64,000 nt of DNA from Frankiales bacterium (GTDB lineage Bacteria; Actinomycetota; Actinomycetes; Mycobacteriales; SCTD01): positions 320 through 64,319 of the forward strand of contig JAOPWV010000105.1 in the NCBI GenBank assembly GCA_025965475.1. The letters run 5' to 3'. This document shows, piece by piece, positions 35,132-42,942 of the stretch; the first letter of the stretch is position 1, and the number at the start of each line of letters is the position of its first letter. The position numbers were made by a program, and so were the translations under genes. A model generated the notes under the pieces. It was not told where the DNA came from, did not search any database, and saw only the letters and a program-made list of their open reading frames with translations.

Positions 35132-35247
35132 GGACCATCGGCGTGATCACCGTCGCCGTCGGCGCCGTGGGGGTGGCTTTCGGAGCCCTGCTCGTGGTGC
35201 GCTCCATCCCGGACATCCAGCGCTACCTGCGCATCCGATCGATGTAG
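35128..35247 (+). CDS. 39-aa single-pass membrane micro-protein (absent from ORF track)
   Basis: ATG at 35128 overlaps the protease stop (ATGA). Hand translation gives MRTIGVITVAVGAVGVAFGALLVVRSIPDIQRYLRIRSM, ending at TAG 35245..35247. It has one hydrophobic helix followed by a basic tail, and high GC3. Confidence 0.55.
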   Translation: MRTIGVITVAVGAVGVAFGALLVVRSIPDIQRYLRIRSM

Positions 35248-35256
35248 GCCGGCGTC

Positions 35257-35664
35257 GTGCACGAGATCGGTTACTGCGAAGGCGTCGTCGAGGCGGTCGT
35301 ACGACGGGCTGCCGGCCGCCCGGTGGCCCGGATCGGTGTGCGCATCGGCGCCCTGCACCGCATCGTGCCCGACGCGTTCGCCCAGTCGTTCCAGCTGGTG
35401 GCGGGTGGTACCAGCGCCGAGGACGCCGTCACCGAGCTCGTCGTCGTACCCGCCCAGGCGACCTGCCGCGGGTGCGGTGCCGTCTTCGAGACGCCCGACC
35501 CCTCAGCGGTCTGCCCGGACTGCGGAGATCTCGACGTCACCGTCACGGGAGGCGACGAGGTCGTCCTGGAATGGGTCGAGTACGCCGACGCCGCGGCCGC
35601 GGAGCAACCGGACGAACGGGTGCCCGCCCATACCCACCAGCACTCGCCAGCCGGAGGTCGATAG
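35257..35664 (+). CDS. hypA: hydrogenase nickel-insertion protein HypA
   Basis: A GTG start gives an M-H-E N-terminus, the Ni-binding motif. The zinc site is CRGCG-x12-CPDCG. An unusual C-terminal tail contains PAHTHQHSPAGG. Confidence 0.9.
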   Translation: MHEIGYCEGVVEAVVRRAAGRPVARIGVRIGALHRIVPDAFAQSFQLVAGGTSAEDAVTELVVVPAQATCRGCGAVFETPDPSAVCPDCGDLDVTVTGGDEVVLEWVEYADAAAAEQPDERVPAHTHQHSPAGGR

Positions 35665-35666
35665 CC

Positions 35667-35942
35667 GTGTGCCTCGCCATCCCCGGGCAGATCGTCCAGC
35701 TGCTGCCGGGCAACAGCGATCAACTCGCCCTCGTCGACGTGGTCGGCGTGAAACGCCGGATCAACATCGGCCTCCTGGAGGAGGGCGGTGCGAAGGTCGG
35801 GGACTGGGTCCTCATCCACGTCGGCTTCGCGATGTCCGTGGTCGACGAGCGCGAGGCGGCAGAGGCCCTGTCGATGCTGGAGATGATGGGCAAGACCTTC
35901 ACCGACGAGCTGCAGGCCGTCGCCGAGTCGAGCATCCCGTGA
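35667..35942 (+). CDS. hypC: hydrogenase assembly chaperone HypC
   Basis: GTG at 35667 gives an (M)CLAIPGQIV N-terminus with the essential Cys2. It lies in the frame of track ORF 34782..35942. Confidence 0.9.
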   Translation: MCLAIPGQIVQLLPGNSDQLALVDVVGVKRRINIGLLEEGGAKVGDWVLIHVGFAMSVVDEREAAEALSMLEMMGKTFTDELQAVAESSIP

Positions 35943-36178
35943 CCGATCCGTCGTCGAGCTGCGCGACCGGCCCTGGCTGCATCACCTGCGGCGACGTGGC
36001 GTTGCCGCTGACGGTGGTCGAGGTCACCGGCCCGGACGCCCGGTGCCGCACCGACGACGGCCGGGAGGAATTGGTGGCCACCGAACTCGTCGGCGTCGTC
36101 GCGGCCGGCGACGTCTTGCTGGTGCACGCCGGCGTCGCTCTCGAACACCTTGCCCGGCGGAACGGGGAGTCCCCATGA
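35939..36178 (+). CDS. second HypC/HupF-like chaperone with Cys-rich N-terminal extension
   Basis: GTG at 35939 overlaps the hypC stop (GTGA). The product is VTDPSSSCATGPGCITCGDVALPLTVVEV...GDVLLVHAGVALE, a HypC-like barrel sequence with C-x5-C-x2-C in place of the N-terminal MC motif. Confidence 0.7.
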   Translation: MTDPSSSCATGPGCITCGDVALPLTVVEVTGPDARCRTDDGREELVATELVGVVAAGDVLLVHAGVALEHLARRNGESP

Positions 36179-37308
36179 CCATGCGCTTCGTCGACGAGTT
36201 CCGCGACCCCGAGTTGGCCGCGGTGCTGGGTCGGGAGATCACAGCCCTGTGCGAGCCGGGCCGGCACTACAAGGTGATGGAGGTGTGCGGCGGGCACACG
36301 CACACGATCTACCGGTACGGCGTGCAGGACCACCTGCCCGACGACATCGAGCTCGTGCACGGGCCGGGCTGCCCCGTCTGCGTGATCCCGATGGGACGGG
36401 TCGACGACGGCATCGCCATCGCCGAGCAGGACGGCGTCATCCTCACCTGCTTCGGTGACATGATGCGGGTCCCCGGCGGCAACGGCTCGTTCCTCGACGC
36501 GAACGCCCGTGGCGCGGACATCCGGATGGTCTACTCGCCGCTCGACGCGCTGCGCATCGCCCGCGACAACCCGGGACGGCAGGTCGTCTTCTACGCCATC
36601 GGCTTCGAGACGACGGCACCGTCGACCGCCCTGACCGTGCTGCGCGCGAAGAAGGAGGGGGTCAGCAACTTCTCCGTCTTCTGCAACCACGTGACGATCA
36701 TCCCCGCCATCAAGGCCATCCTGGACTCCCCCGACCTGCGGCTGGACGCCTTCATCGGGCCGGGGCACGTCTCCACGGTCATCGGCTGCCGGCCCTACGA
36801 GTTCATCCCCCGGCAGCACGGCAAGCCGCTCGTCTGCGGCGGCTTCGAACCGCTGGACCTGCTGCAGTCGGTCTACATGATCATGAGGCAGTTGGCCGAG
36901 GGCCGGGCCGAGGTGGAGAACCAGTACACCCGCGTCGTGGCCTACGACGGCAACCCGGTCGCACTGAAGGTGCTGGCCGAGGTGTTCTCGCTGCGGCCGT
37001 ACTTCGAGTGGCGCGGCCTCGGTTCGATCTCCTCCTCCGCGCTGCAGCTGTCCGAGCGGTATGCCGAGTACGACGCCGAGCTGCGCTACGACGTCCCGGG
37101 CCTGCGCGTCGCCGACCCCAAGGCGTGCCAGTGCGGCGAGGTGCTCAAGGGCGTCCTCAAGCCGTGGGAGTGCAAGGTCTTCGGTACGGCGTGCACGCCG
37201 GAGACCCCCATCGGCACCTGCATGGTCTCCAGCGAAGGCGCGTGCGCGGCGTACTACAACTACGGCCGCTACGCGAAGCAGCGGCTCCACCTGGAGATCG
37301 CGACATGA
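36175..37308 (+). CDS. hypD: hydrogenase maturation protein HypD
   Basis: ATG at 36175 overlaps the upstream stop. Motifs are MEVCGGHTH, GPGCPVCV, FETTAP and the C-terminal cysteines CQCGEVLKG...CKVFGTACTPE...CMVSSEGAC. Confidence 0.95.
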   Translation: MTMRFVDEFRDPELAAVLGREITALCEPGRHYKVMEVCGGHTHTIYRYGVQDHLPDDIELVHGPGCPVCVIPMGRVDDGIAIAEQDGVILTCFGDMMRVPGGNGSFLDANARGADIRMVYSPLDALRIARDNPGRQVVFYAIGFETTAPSTALTVLRAKKEGVSNFSVFCNHVTIIPAIKAILDSPDLRLDAFIGPGHVSTVIGCRPYEFIPRQHGKPLVCGGFEPLDLLQSVYMIMRQLAEGRAEVENQYTRVVAYDGNPVALKVLAEVFSLRPYFEWRGLGSISSSALQLSERYAEYDAELRYDVPGLRVADPKACQCGEVLKGVLKPWECKVFGTACTPETPIGTCMVSSEGACAAYYNYGRYAKQRLHLEIAT

Positions 37309-38387
37309 CCAGGCAGATCACCGAGGACCAGGTCGGCGAGCGGATCGAGGCGATCCGGCGGCGGCCCCAGCGCTTCCGCGACGAGCGGGTGACCATGGCG
37401 CACGGCGCCGGCGGAAAGGCGTCGCGGGCGCTCGTGGAGGGCCTGATCGTGCCGCTGCTCGACAACCCGGCACTGGCCGCGCTGTCCGACGCCGCGTCGA
37501 TCGACGTCGGGCAGGAGCGGCTCGCCTTCACGACCGACGCCTTCGTCGTACGCCCGATCTCCTTCCCCGGCGGCTCCATCGGCGAGCTCGCCGTCAACGG
37601 CACGATCAACGACCTGGCGGTCTCCGGAGCCCGCCCCGTGGCACTGTCGGCAGCCCTGATCCTCGAGGAGGGATTGTCCGCGGAGGTCCTGTCCGCCCAG
37701 GTCGAGGCGATGGCCCGGGCCGCCCGGACCGCAGGCGTGCCGGTGGTCGCCGGCGACACGAAGGTCGTCGAACGGGGCAAGTGCGACCAGATGTACATCG
37801 TGACGACCGGCGTCGGCGTCGTCGCGCCGGAGACGCAACTCGCGGCCGACCGGGTACGGGCGGGCGACAAGGTGCTGGTGTCGGGGACCATCGGCGACCA
37901 CGGCGTGGCGATCATGCTCGCCCGTGGCGAACTGGACATCGAGGCGGACGTGCACAGCGACACCCGATCCCTGTGGGACCTGGTGCGTGAGGTCCTCGCG
38001 CGCTGCGGCACCGGCGTCCACTGCATGCGTGACGCGACCCGGGGCGGGGTGGCGACGGTGCTCAACGAGATCGCCATGGCGGCCGAGGTCGGCGTCGTGA
38101 TCGCCGAGGAGCGCGTCCCGCTCCGGCCGGAGGTGATGGGGGCGGGCGAGATCCTGGGCATCGACCCGCTGTACGTCGCGAACGAGGGCAAGCTGGTGGC
38201 GTTCGTGGCGCCGGAGCACGCGGACGCCGCGCTGGCCGCGATGCGCGCGACGCCGGCCGGTGAACAGGCCGCGATCATCGGCGAGGTCCGGGACGAGCCA
38301 CCGGGCCGGGTTCTCGGCCGCACCGGCTTCGGCGGCCACCGCATGATCGACATGCTGGTCGGCGACCCGCTGCCGCGGATCTGCTGA
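37305..38387 (+). CDS. hypE: hydrogenase maturation protein HypE
   Basis: ATG at 37305 overlaps the hypD stop. It has an AIR-synthase-like fold (MAHGAGG, NDLAVSGA) and the diagnostic C-terminal ...DPLPRIC. Confidence 0.95.
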   Translation: MTRQITEDQVGERIEAIRRRPQRFRDERVTMAHGAGGKASRALVEGLIVPLLDNPALAALSDAASIDVGQERLAFTTDAFVVRPISFPGGSIGELAVNGTINDLAVSGARPVALSAALILEEGLSAEVLSAQVEAMARAARTAGVPVVAGDTKVVERGKCDQMYIVTTGVGVVAPETQLAADRVRAGDKVLVSGTIGDHGVAIMLARGELDIEADVHSDTRSLWDLVREVLARCGTGVHCMRDATRGGVATVLNEIAMAAEVGVVIAEERVPLRPEVMGAGEILGIDPLYVANEGKLVAFVAPEHADAALAAMRATPAGEQAAIIGEVRDEPPGRVLGRTGFGGHRMIDMLVGDPLPRIC

Positions 38388-38401
38388 CTGGAGGCGTCAG
38401 C
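38383..38401. terminator. short hairpin GCTGAC-N7-GTCAGC built from two convergent stop codons
   Basis: GCTGAC (38383..38388) pairs with GTCAGC (38396..38401). It contains the hypE TGA and the TGA of the minus-strand gene. There is no U-tract. Confidence 0.2.
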
Positions 38402-38909
38402 CGATGACCGCGAGCCCGGCGTCGGTGAGCACCCGCTCGTCCTTCTCGGTCCGCAGCAGAGGCTGCGGGCCCCGGTAGAGGGCCGCGAGGCCGGCCGGCG
38501 CGATGCCGAGTTCCCGCGCGGTCTGATGCAGCTCCAGCTTGTGCATACGCCCGCCTGCGGCGGACACCCGCCGCAGCAGGTTCCCGACCTGCGCACCGTC
38601 CGGGCCGGCCGACTCCTGGGGCTCCGCATCGGCGAGCAGCGCGTCGATCTGGCGCTGGAGCCCACGCAGCGCGAACCGAAGCCGGGTCGCCTCGTCGAGC
38701 TCCTGCGGCGCGTCGCCCGCGCCCTGCCAGGTCCGCTTGGGGTGCCGGCGCAGGTACTCCTGCTCCAGCTCCAGCATGCGCTCCGTGTGCCGGGCGTACT
38801 GCTCGGCCGTGCCGTGCAGGAAGACCCAGTTGCGCGTGGCATGCGCGTGCGTCCCCTGCTGCTCCAGCTCCTCGTCCGACAGCTCGCGGGCAGGCCGTCC
38901 CTCGCTCAT
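38397..38909 (-). CDS. hypothetical protein (acidic N-terminus, last gene of box operon)
   Basis: The 170-aa ORF has a start that overlaps the amidohydrolase stop (ATGA). The product begins MSEGRPARELSDEELEQQGTHAHATRNWVFLHGTAEQYARHTERMLELEQEYLRRHP. I cannot assign a function. Confidence 0.6.
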   Translation of the reverse strand: MSEGRPARELSDEELEQQGTHAHATRNWVFLHGTAEQYARHTERMLELEQEYLRRHPKRTWQGAGDAPQELDEATRLRFALRGLQRQIDALLADAEPQESAGPDGAQVGNLLRRVSAAGGRMHKLELHQTARELGIAPAGLAALYRGPQPLLRTEKDERVLTDAGLAVIG

Positions 38910-39778
38910 GGCGTCTCCTCCGCATCACCAAGTCCCGCATACACCCGCCGCGCGTTCTCGCCGAGCACGAGAGGGATGACGTCCTCCGGGATACCGAGCC
39001 CGGCGACCGCCCGGGCGTTGGTGGCGGTGCCCGGCACCCCGGGCCAGTCCGTGGCGAAGATCCACTTGCGGGCGAGCCGGCCCAGGTCGAACCGGGCGTA
39101 GTACTCCGGCAGCCGCTTGGGCGGCAGGCCGGACAGCTCGATCCAGACGTTCGGGTGCGTCAGCGCGAGGAAGGCGGCCGCGTCGTACCACCAGCCCCGG
39201 CCGCCGTGCGCGAGCACGATGGTCAGGTCAGGGAAGTCGCGCAGCACCGTGTCGGCGTGCACCGGGTCGGCAAGGGCGTTGGTCGAGCCGGGGAACGTGC
39301 TGGTCCCGCAGTGCACGACCAGCGGCACCTGCCGTTCGACGAGCACCTCGTACGCCGGGTAGAGCGCGGCGTCGTCGAGCCGGAAACCACCATGAACCGG
39401 GTGCAGCTTGAGCGCGGCACCGCCGAGGTCGAGCTGGCGCCGTACCTCCCGCGCAATCGGGTAGTGCAGGTGCGGGTTGACGTTGGCGACGGGGCGGAAC
39501 AGCACCGGGTCGTGCTCGACGATCGGCAGTAGGTCGTCGAACCGCTGGTAGCCGGTGGCCTTGGGGCTGTACTCGCAGAACAGCAGCGCGACGTCGACAC
39601 CCTCGCGGCGGAACAGCTCCGCCAGCCGGGCCGGCCGCGGGACCCCCTCGGGATCCCAGACGTCCTCGAGGATGCCGGCGGGCCCGAAGTTCTCCGCCCA
39701 GGCGAGCCACGCGGGCGCGAGACTGTCGAGCCGCGGCACGTGGACGTGGGCGTCCACCAGCAGGTGGCCGTCGAGCAC
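38906..39778 (-). CDS. metal-dependent amidohydrolase-fold (TIM-barrel) hydrolase
   Basis: The product has LLVDAHVHVP (an HxH metal motif) and then ...LKLHP...VVHCG...VLAHGG...FATDWP, a pattern typical of the amidohydrolase-2 type family. Confidence 0.8.
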   Translation of the reverse strand: MLDGHLLVDAHVHVPRLDSLAPAWLAWAENFGPAGILEDVWDPEGVPRPARLAELFRREGVDVALLFCEYSPKATGYQRFDDLLPIVEHDPVLFRPVANVNPHLHYPIAREVRRQLDLGGAALKLHPVHGGFRLDDAALYPAYEVLVERQVPLVVHCGTSTFPGSTNALADPVHADTVLRDFPDLTIVLAHGGRGWWYDAAAFLALTHPNVWIELSGLPPKRLPEYYARFDLGRLARKWIFATDWPGVPGTATNARAVAGLGIPEDVIPLVLGENARRVYAGLGDAEETP

Positions 39779-39781
39779 GCG

Positions 39782-40117
39782 TCAGCCCTCCTGGCTCTGC
39801 ACGAAGGGCGTGTCGACCCCGACCGGGCCCACCTTGCGGGAGCCACCCGGCGCGCCGAGCGGGCCGTCACGGCCGGGCAGGGGTTCGGCGAAGAAGACCC
39901 GGTTGTCGTCGATGTAGGCCTTCATGTCCTCCGGCACGCGGCGGTCCTGGCTGATCGCCTCCACCGGGCAGACCGGCTCGCATGCGCCACAGTCGATGCA
40001 CTCCTTGGGGTTGATGTAGCTCTTGCGCTCCCCCTCGTAGATGCAGTCGACCGGGCACTCGTCCATGCACGCCTTGTCGTTGACGTCGATGCAGGGGCCG
40101 GCGATGACGTAGGGCAC
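39782..40117 (-). CDS. fdxA: 7Fe ferredoxin ([3Fe-4S][4Fe-4S], FdxA-type)
   Basis: The product begins MPYVIAGPCIDVNDKACMDECPVDCIYEG...CIDCGACEPVCPVEAI, the classical 7Fe ferredoxin cysteine pattern. Confidence 0.9.
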   Translation of the reverse strand: MPYVIAGPCIDVNDKACMDECPVDCIYEGERKSYINPKECIDCGACEPVCPVEAISQDRRVPEDMKAYIDDNRVFFAEPLPGRDGPLGAPGGSRKVGPVGVDTPFVQSQEG

Positions 40118-40129
40118 GGGTACTCCGGG

Positions 40130-41146
40130 TCAGGCGAGAGGGGCGGGGACAGGTGCGGGTGCGGCATCCGTGGAGTGACCCGGGAACAGCTGCGCCTCCG
40201 GGTCGATCTCCACAGCGGCATTGTTCACCGCCGTGGCGACCTCGCCGAACCCGACACTGATCAGGCGCACCTTGCCTGCGTAGTCGGTGATGTCACCGGC
40301 GGCGTAGACCCGCGGCAGGCTGGTGCGCATCCGGCTGTCGACCACCAGGTGCCGGTTGTCGTGCAGCTCCAGGCCCCACTCGCGCATCGGACCGAGATCG
40401 GCGAGGAAGCCCAGGGCCGCGACGAGGCGCTGGCACGGCAGCACCACCGGGCCGTCGAGGTCCTTCGCCGTCACGTGAACGGCGTCAACGCTTCCGGCTC
40501 CCAGGACGGCCGTCACCTCGGCGTCCACGAGGATGCGGGCGCCGGAGGCGCGGACGGCATCGACGGTCGCCGCGTGCGCCCGGAACGCCTTGCGGCGGTG
40601 GACCAGGGTCACCGAGCGCGCGGTCGGCGTGAGCGCCAGCGCCCAGTCGCAGGCGCTGTCGCCACCGCCGACGATGACGACGTCGGTGCCGTCGTAGTCG
40701 GCGAGCCGTGGGACGAAGTACGCCAGGCCCCGGCCGAGGAACTCCTCGCCGGTCGGCAGCGGTCGTGGCTCGAAGGTCCCGATCCCACCGCTGATGACGG
40801 CGGCGCCGCAGGTGATGCGGCTGCCGGCACTCGTCTCGACGACCAGCGGGCCGTCCGGCCGGTGCTCCAGGGACTGCGCCGCCTCCCCGAGCAGGTATGC
40901 CGGGTCGTACCGGGCGGCCTGCTCGACCAGCCCGGCCACGAGGTCCCGGCCGCGGATGCTCGGGAAGCCGGCGACGTCGTAGATCGGCTTCTCCGGGTAC
41001 ATGGCCGTCACCTGGCCACCCACCTCCGGCAGCGAATCCACCAGCGCGGTCCGCAGGCCCCGCACCCCGGCGTAGTAGGCGCCGTACAGGCCGACCGGAC
41101 CGGCGCCCACGATGAGCAGGTCGACGTCGACGTCCTGTGCGGTCAC
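40130..41146 (-). CDS. thioredoxin-reductase-like ferredoxin-NADP(+) reductase
   Basis: Track ORF 40130..41209 was trimmed to GTG at 41146. Motifs are the FAD site LLIVGAGPVGLYGAYYAG, the NADPH site VVIVGGGDSACDWA and C-terminal YAAGDI. There is no CxxC redox pair, so it looks like an FNR rather than a TrxB. Confidence 0.8.
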   Translation of the reverse strand: MTAQDVDVDLLIVGAGPVGLYGAYYAGVRGLRTALVDSLPEVGGQVTAMYPEKPIYDVAGFPSIRGRDLVAGLVEQAARYDPAYLLGEAAQSLEHRPDGPLVVETSAGSRITCGAAVISGGIGTFEPRPLPTGEEFLGRGLAYFVPRLADYDGTDVVIVGGGDSACDWALALTPTARSVTLVHRRKAFRAHAATVDAVRASGARILVDAEVTAVLGAGSVDAVHVTAKDLDGPVVLPCQRLVAALGFLADLGPMREWGLELHDNRHLVVDSRMRTSLPRVYAAGDITDYAGKVRLISVGFGEVATAVNNAAVEIDPEAQLFPGHSTDAAPAPVPAPLA

Positions 41147-41150
41147 CGCG

Positions 41151-42857
41151 TCACACCCGCGCGGTGTCGAACGACGCCCGCGTGCCGCTGCCGAACCGGC
41201 GCAGCGCACCGTCGGGTCCGGAGGCGTTGGGCCGCAGGAAGATCCAGTTCTGCCAGGCGGTGAGGCGTCCGAAGATCTTGGTCTCGACGGTCTCCGGGCC
41301 GACGAACCGGTGGTTGGCCTCCAGGCCGGTCAGCGCGTCCGGGGAGAGCGAGGCACGCTCCTCGAGCGCGATCCGCAGCTCGTCCTCCCAGTCCAGGTCG
41401 TCGGGCGCGACGGTGACCAGGCCCAGGTCCATCGCCGCCGCGGCGTCCAGCGGCTCACCGGCGGACGCGGCCGCCGCCGCGAGATCGTCGTCGTGCCCGT
41501 AGAAGCGGGACTCCAGCCGGCTCAGGCCGTTGCCCATCGGGTAGCGGCCCAGGTTGGCGGGTCCGACCGTCAGGGCCGCCGGCCCGTCGGCCGCGTCGAT
41601 GCCCGGGATCGGGTCCTCGGGGATGCCGTCGAGCATGTACTGGCGGTCGCAGGCGAGCGCGAGCTCGAGCAGCGTCCCCGCGAAGCAGCTGCCCGGCTCG
41701 ATCACGGCGATCAGGCTCCGGCTCGTCACGTCGAGCCGCTTGAACGTCCGCTTGAGGAAGTGGGTGACCTCGTTGACGAACCAGTCGCCGGCCAGTTCGT
41801 CGAGCTGTGCGTCGTACGCCAGCAGACGCCGCGCGTCGCCCCGGGTCCTGATGACCCAGGTGCCGAGCTGCAGCTCGTTCGTGCGCAGATGCAGGATCAG
41901 CTCGTCGAGCTCCCTGGCCAGCGCCATCGGGTAGTAGTCGACGCCCTCGTCCAGGACGCCCGCCGCGTCGGCGGGCGGATCCTGGTCCGGTCCCGTGACG
42001 AGAAGGTCCACCCGCCGCGCGGCACGGTCCAGCCGTGCCTCGACGTGCCGGTAGGTGATCCGGTCGTCGGTCTCCTCGCGCTGCAGCGGGCTGAGGGTGA
42101 CCCCGCGGCCGCCCTCACGGGTCGAGTGGGCTGCCGCCTCCTCGGCCCGGGTGCGCACGGCCTCCGCGAACTGCCCGCGCGGGACGCTCTCGTCGACCAG
42201 GCCCCAGTCGACCGCCGTCCGCCCGCGGGCGCCTTCGGTCTTCGTCGCGAACACGTCGGCCCGGTCCTTGCGGACGTGCCGCTTGTCGACCACGCGCGTC
42301 AGGCCGCCCGTGCCGGGCAGTACGCCGAGCAGCGGCACCTCGGGCAGCGACACCGCCGACGAGCCGTCGTCCACGAGGACGATGTGCTCGCAGGCCAGCG
42401 CGAGCTCGTACCCGCCGCCGGCCGCGGTGCCGTTGAGCGCCGCGATGTAGGTCTGGCCGGAGACCGCGCTCGCGTCCTCGATGCCGTTGCGGGTCTCGTT
42501 GGTGAACTTGCAGAAGTTCACCTTCCAGGCATGCGAGGACTGCGCGAGCATCCGGATGTTCGCCCCGGCACAGAACATCCGGTCCATCCCGCCGGTCACG
42601 ACGACCGCACCGACCTCCGGATGCTCGAAGCGCAGCCGCTGCACCGCGTCGTACAGCTCGATGTCCACGCCGAGGTCGTAGCTGTTCATCTTCAGGTCGT
42701 AGCCCGGCACGAGCCCGCCGTGCTCGTCCACCGTGAGCGTCAGCGTCGCGACACCGCCCTCCGTCTCCAGCGTCCAGTGCCGGTAGCGGTCCGGAGCGGT
42801 TGCGAAGACCACCCGCGCGGGAGTCGCCGTGCCGGGTCCGCTCTCGAGCAACGTCAT
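41151..42857 (-). CDS. boxC: 2,3-epoxybenzoyl-CoA dihydrolase BoxC (crotonase superfamily)
   Basis: The roughly 568-aa product is a double crotonase-like protein (FCAGANI, AALNGTAAGGGYELALACE). It lies next to a benzoate-CoA ligase and near boxB. I prefer ATG at 42857 because GGAG lies 6 nt upstream. ATG at 42863 is an alternative. Confidence 0.8.
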   Translation of the reverse strand: MTLLESGPGTATPARVVFATAPDRYRHWTLETEGGVATLTLTVDEHGGLVPGYDLKMNSYDLGVDIELYDAVQRLRFEHPEVGAVVVTGGMDRMFCAGANIRMLAQSSHAWKVNFCKFTNETRNGIEDASAVSGQTYIAALNGTAAGGGYELALACEHIVLVDDGSSAVSLPEVPLLGVLPGTGGLTRVVDKRHVRKDRADVFATKTEGARGRTAVDWGLVDESVPRGQFAEAVRTRAEEAAAHSTREGGRGVTLSPLQREETDDRITYRHVEARLDRAARRVDLLVTGPDQDPPADAAGVLDEGVDYYPMALARELDELILHLRTNELQLGTWVIRTRGDARRLLAYDAQLDELAGDWFVNEVTHFLKRTFKRLDVTSRSLIAVIEPGSCFAGTLLELALACDRQYMLDGIPEDPIPGIDAADGPAALTVGPANLGRYPMGNGLSRLESRFYGHDDDLAAAAASAGEPLDAAAAMDLGLVTVAPDDLDWEDELRIALEERASLSPDALTGLEANHRFVGPETVETKIFGRLTAWQNWIFLRPNASGPDGALRRFGSGTRASFDTARV

Positions 42858-42893
42858 GTGCATCTCCGTCCGCCGAGGGTCGGTCGCCTCTCC

Positions 42894-42942
42894 AAACACA
42901 CTACGGGTTCGTGCATCTGCGTCAATGCTGTGTAGCAGGTTT
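42894..42942. promoter_or_regulatory. box operator-like element, site 1: AACACACTAC-N27-GTAGCAGGTTT
   Basis: CTAC lies at 42901..42904 and GTAG at 42932..42935, exactly 27 nt apart. The flanks are identical to site 2 (10 nt plus 11 nt). It sits between the bcl stop and the boxC start. Confidence 0.5.
42898..42925 (-). promoter_or_regulatory. candidate boxC promoter TTGACG-N16-TAGTGT (minus strand)
   Basis: The minus strand reads TTGACG (42925..42920), a 16-nt spacer, then TAGTGT (42903..42898). The bcl stop codon TGA is embedded in the -35 hexamer. The promoter lies inside operator site 1. Confidence 0.45.
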
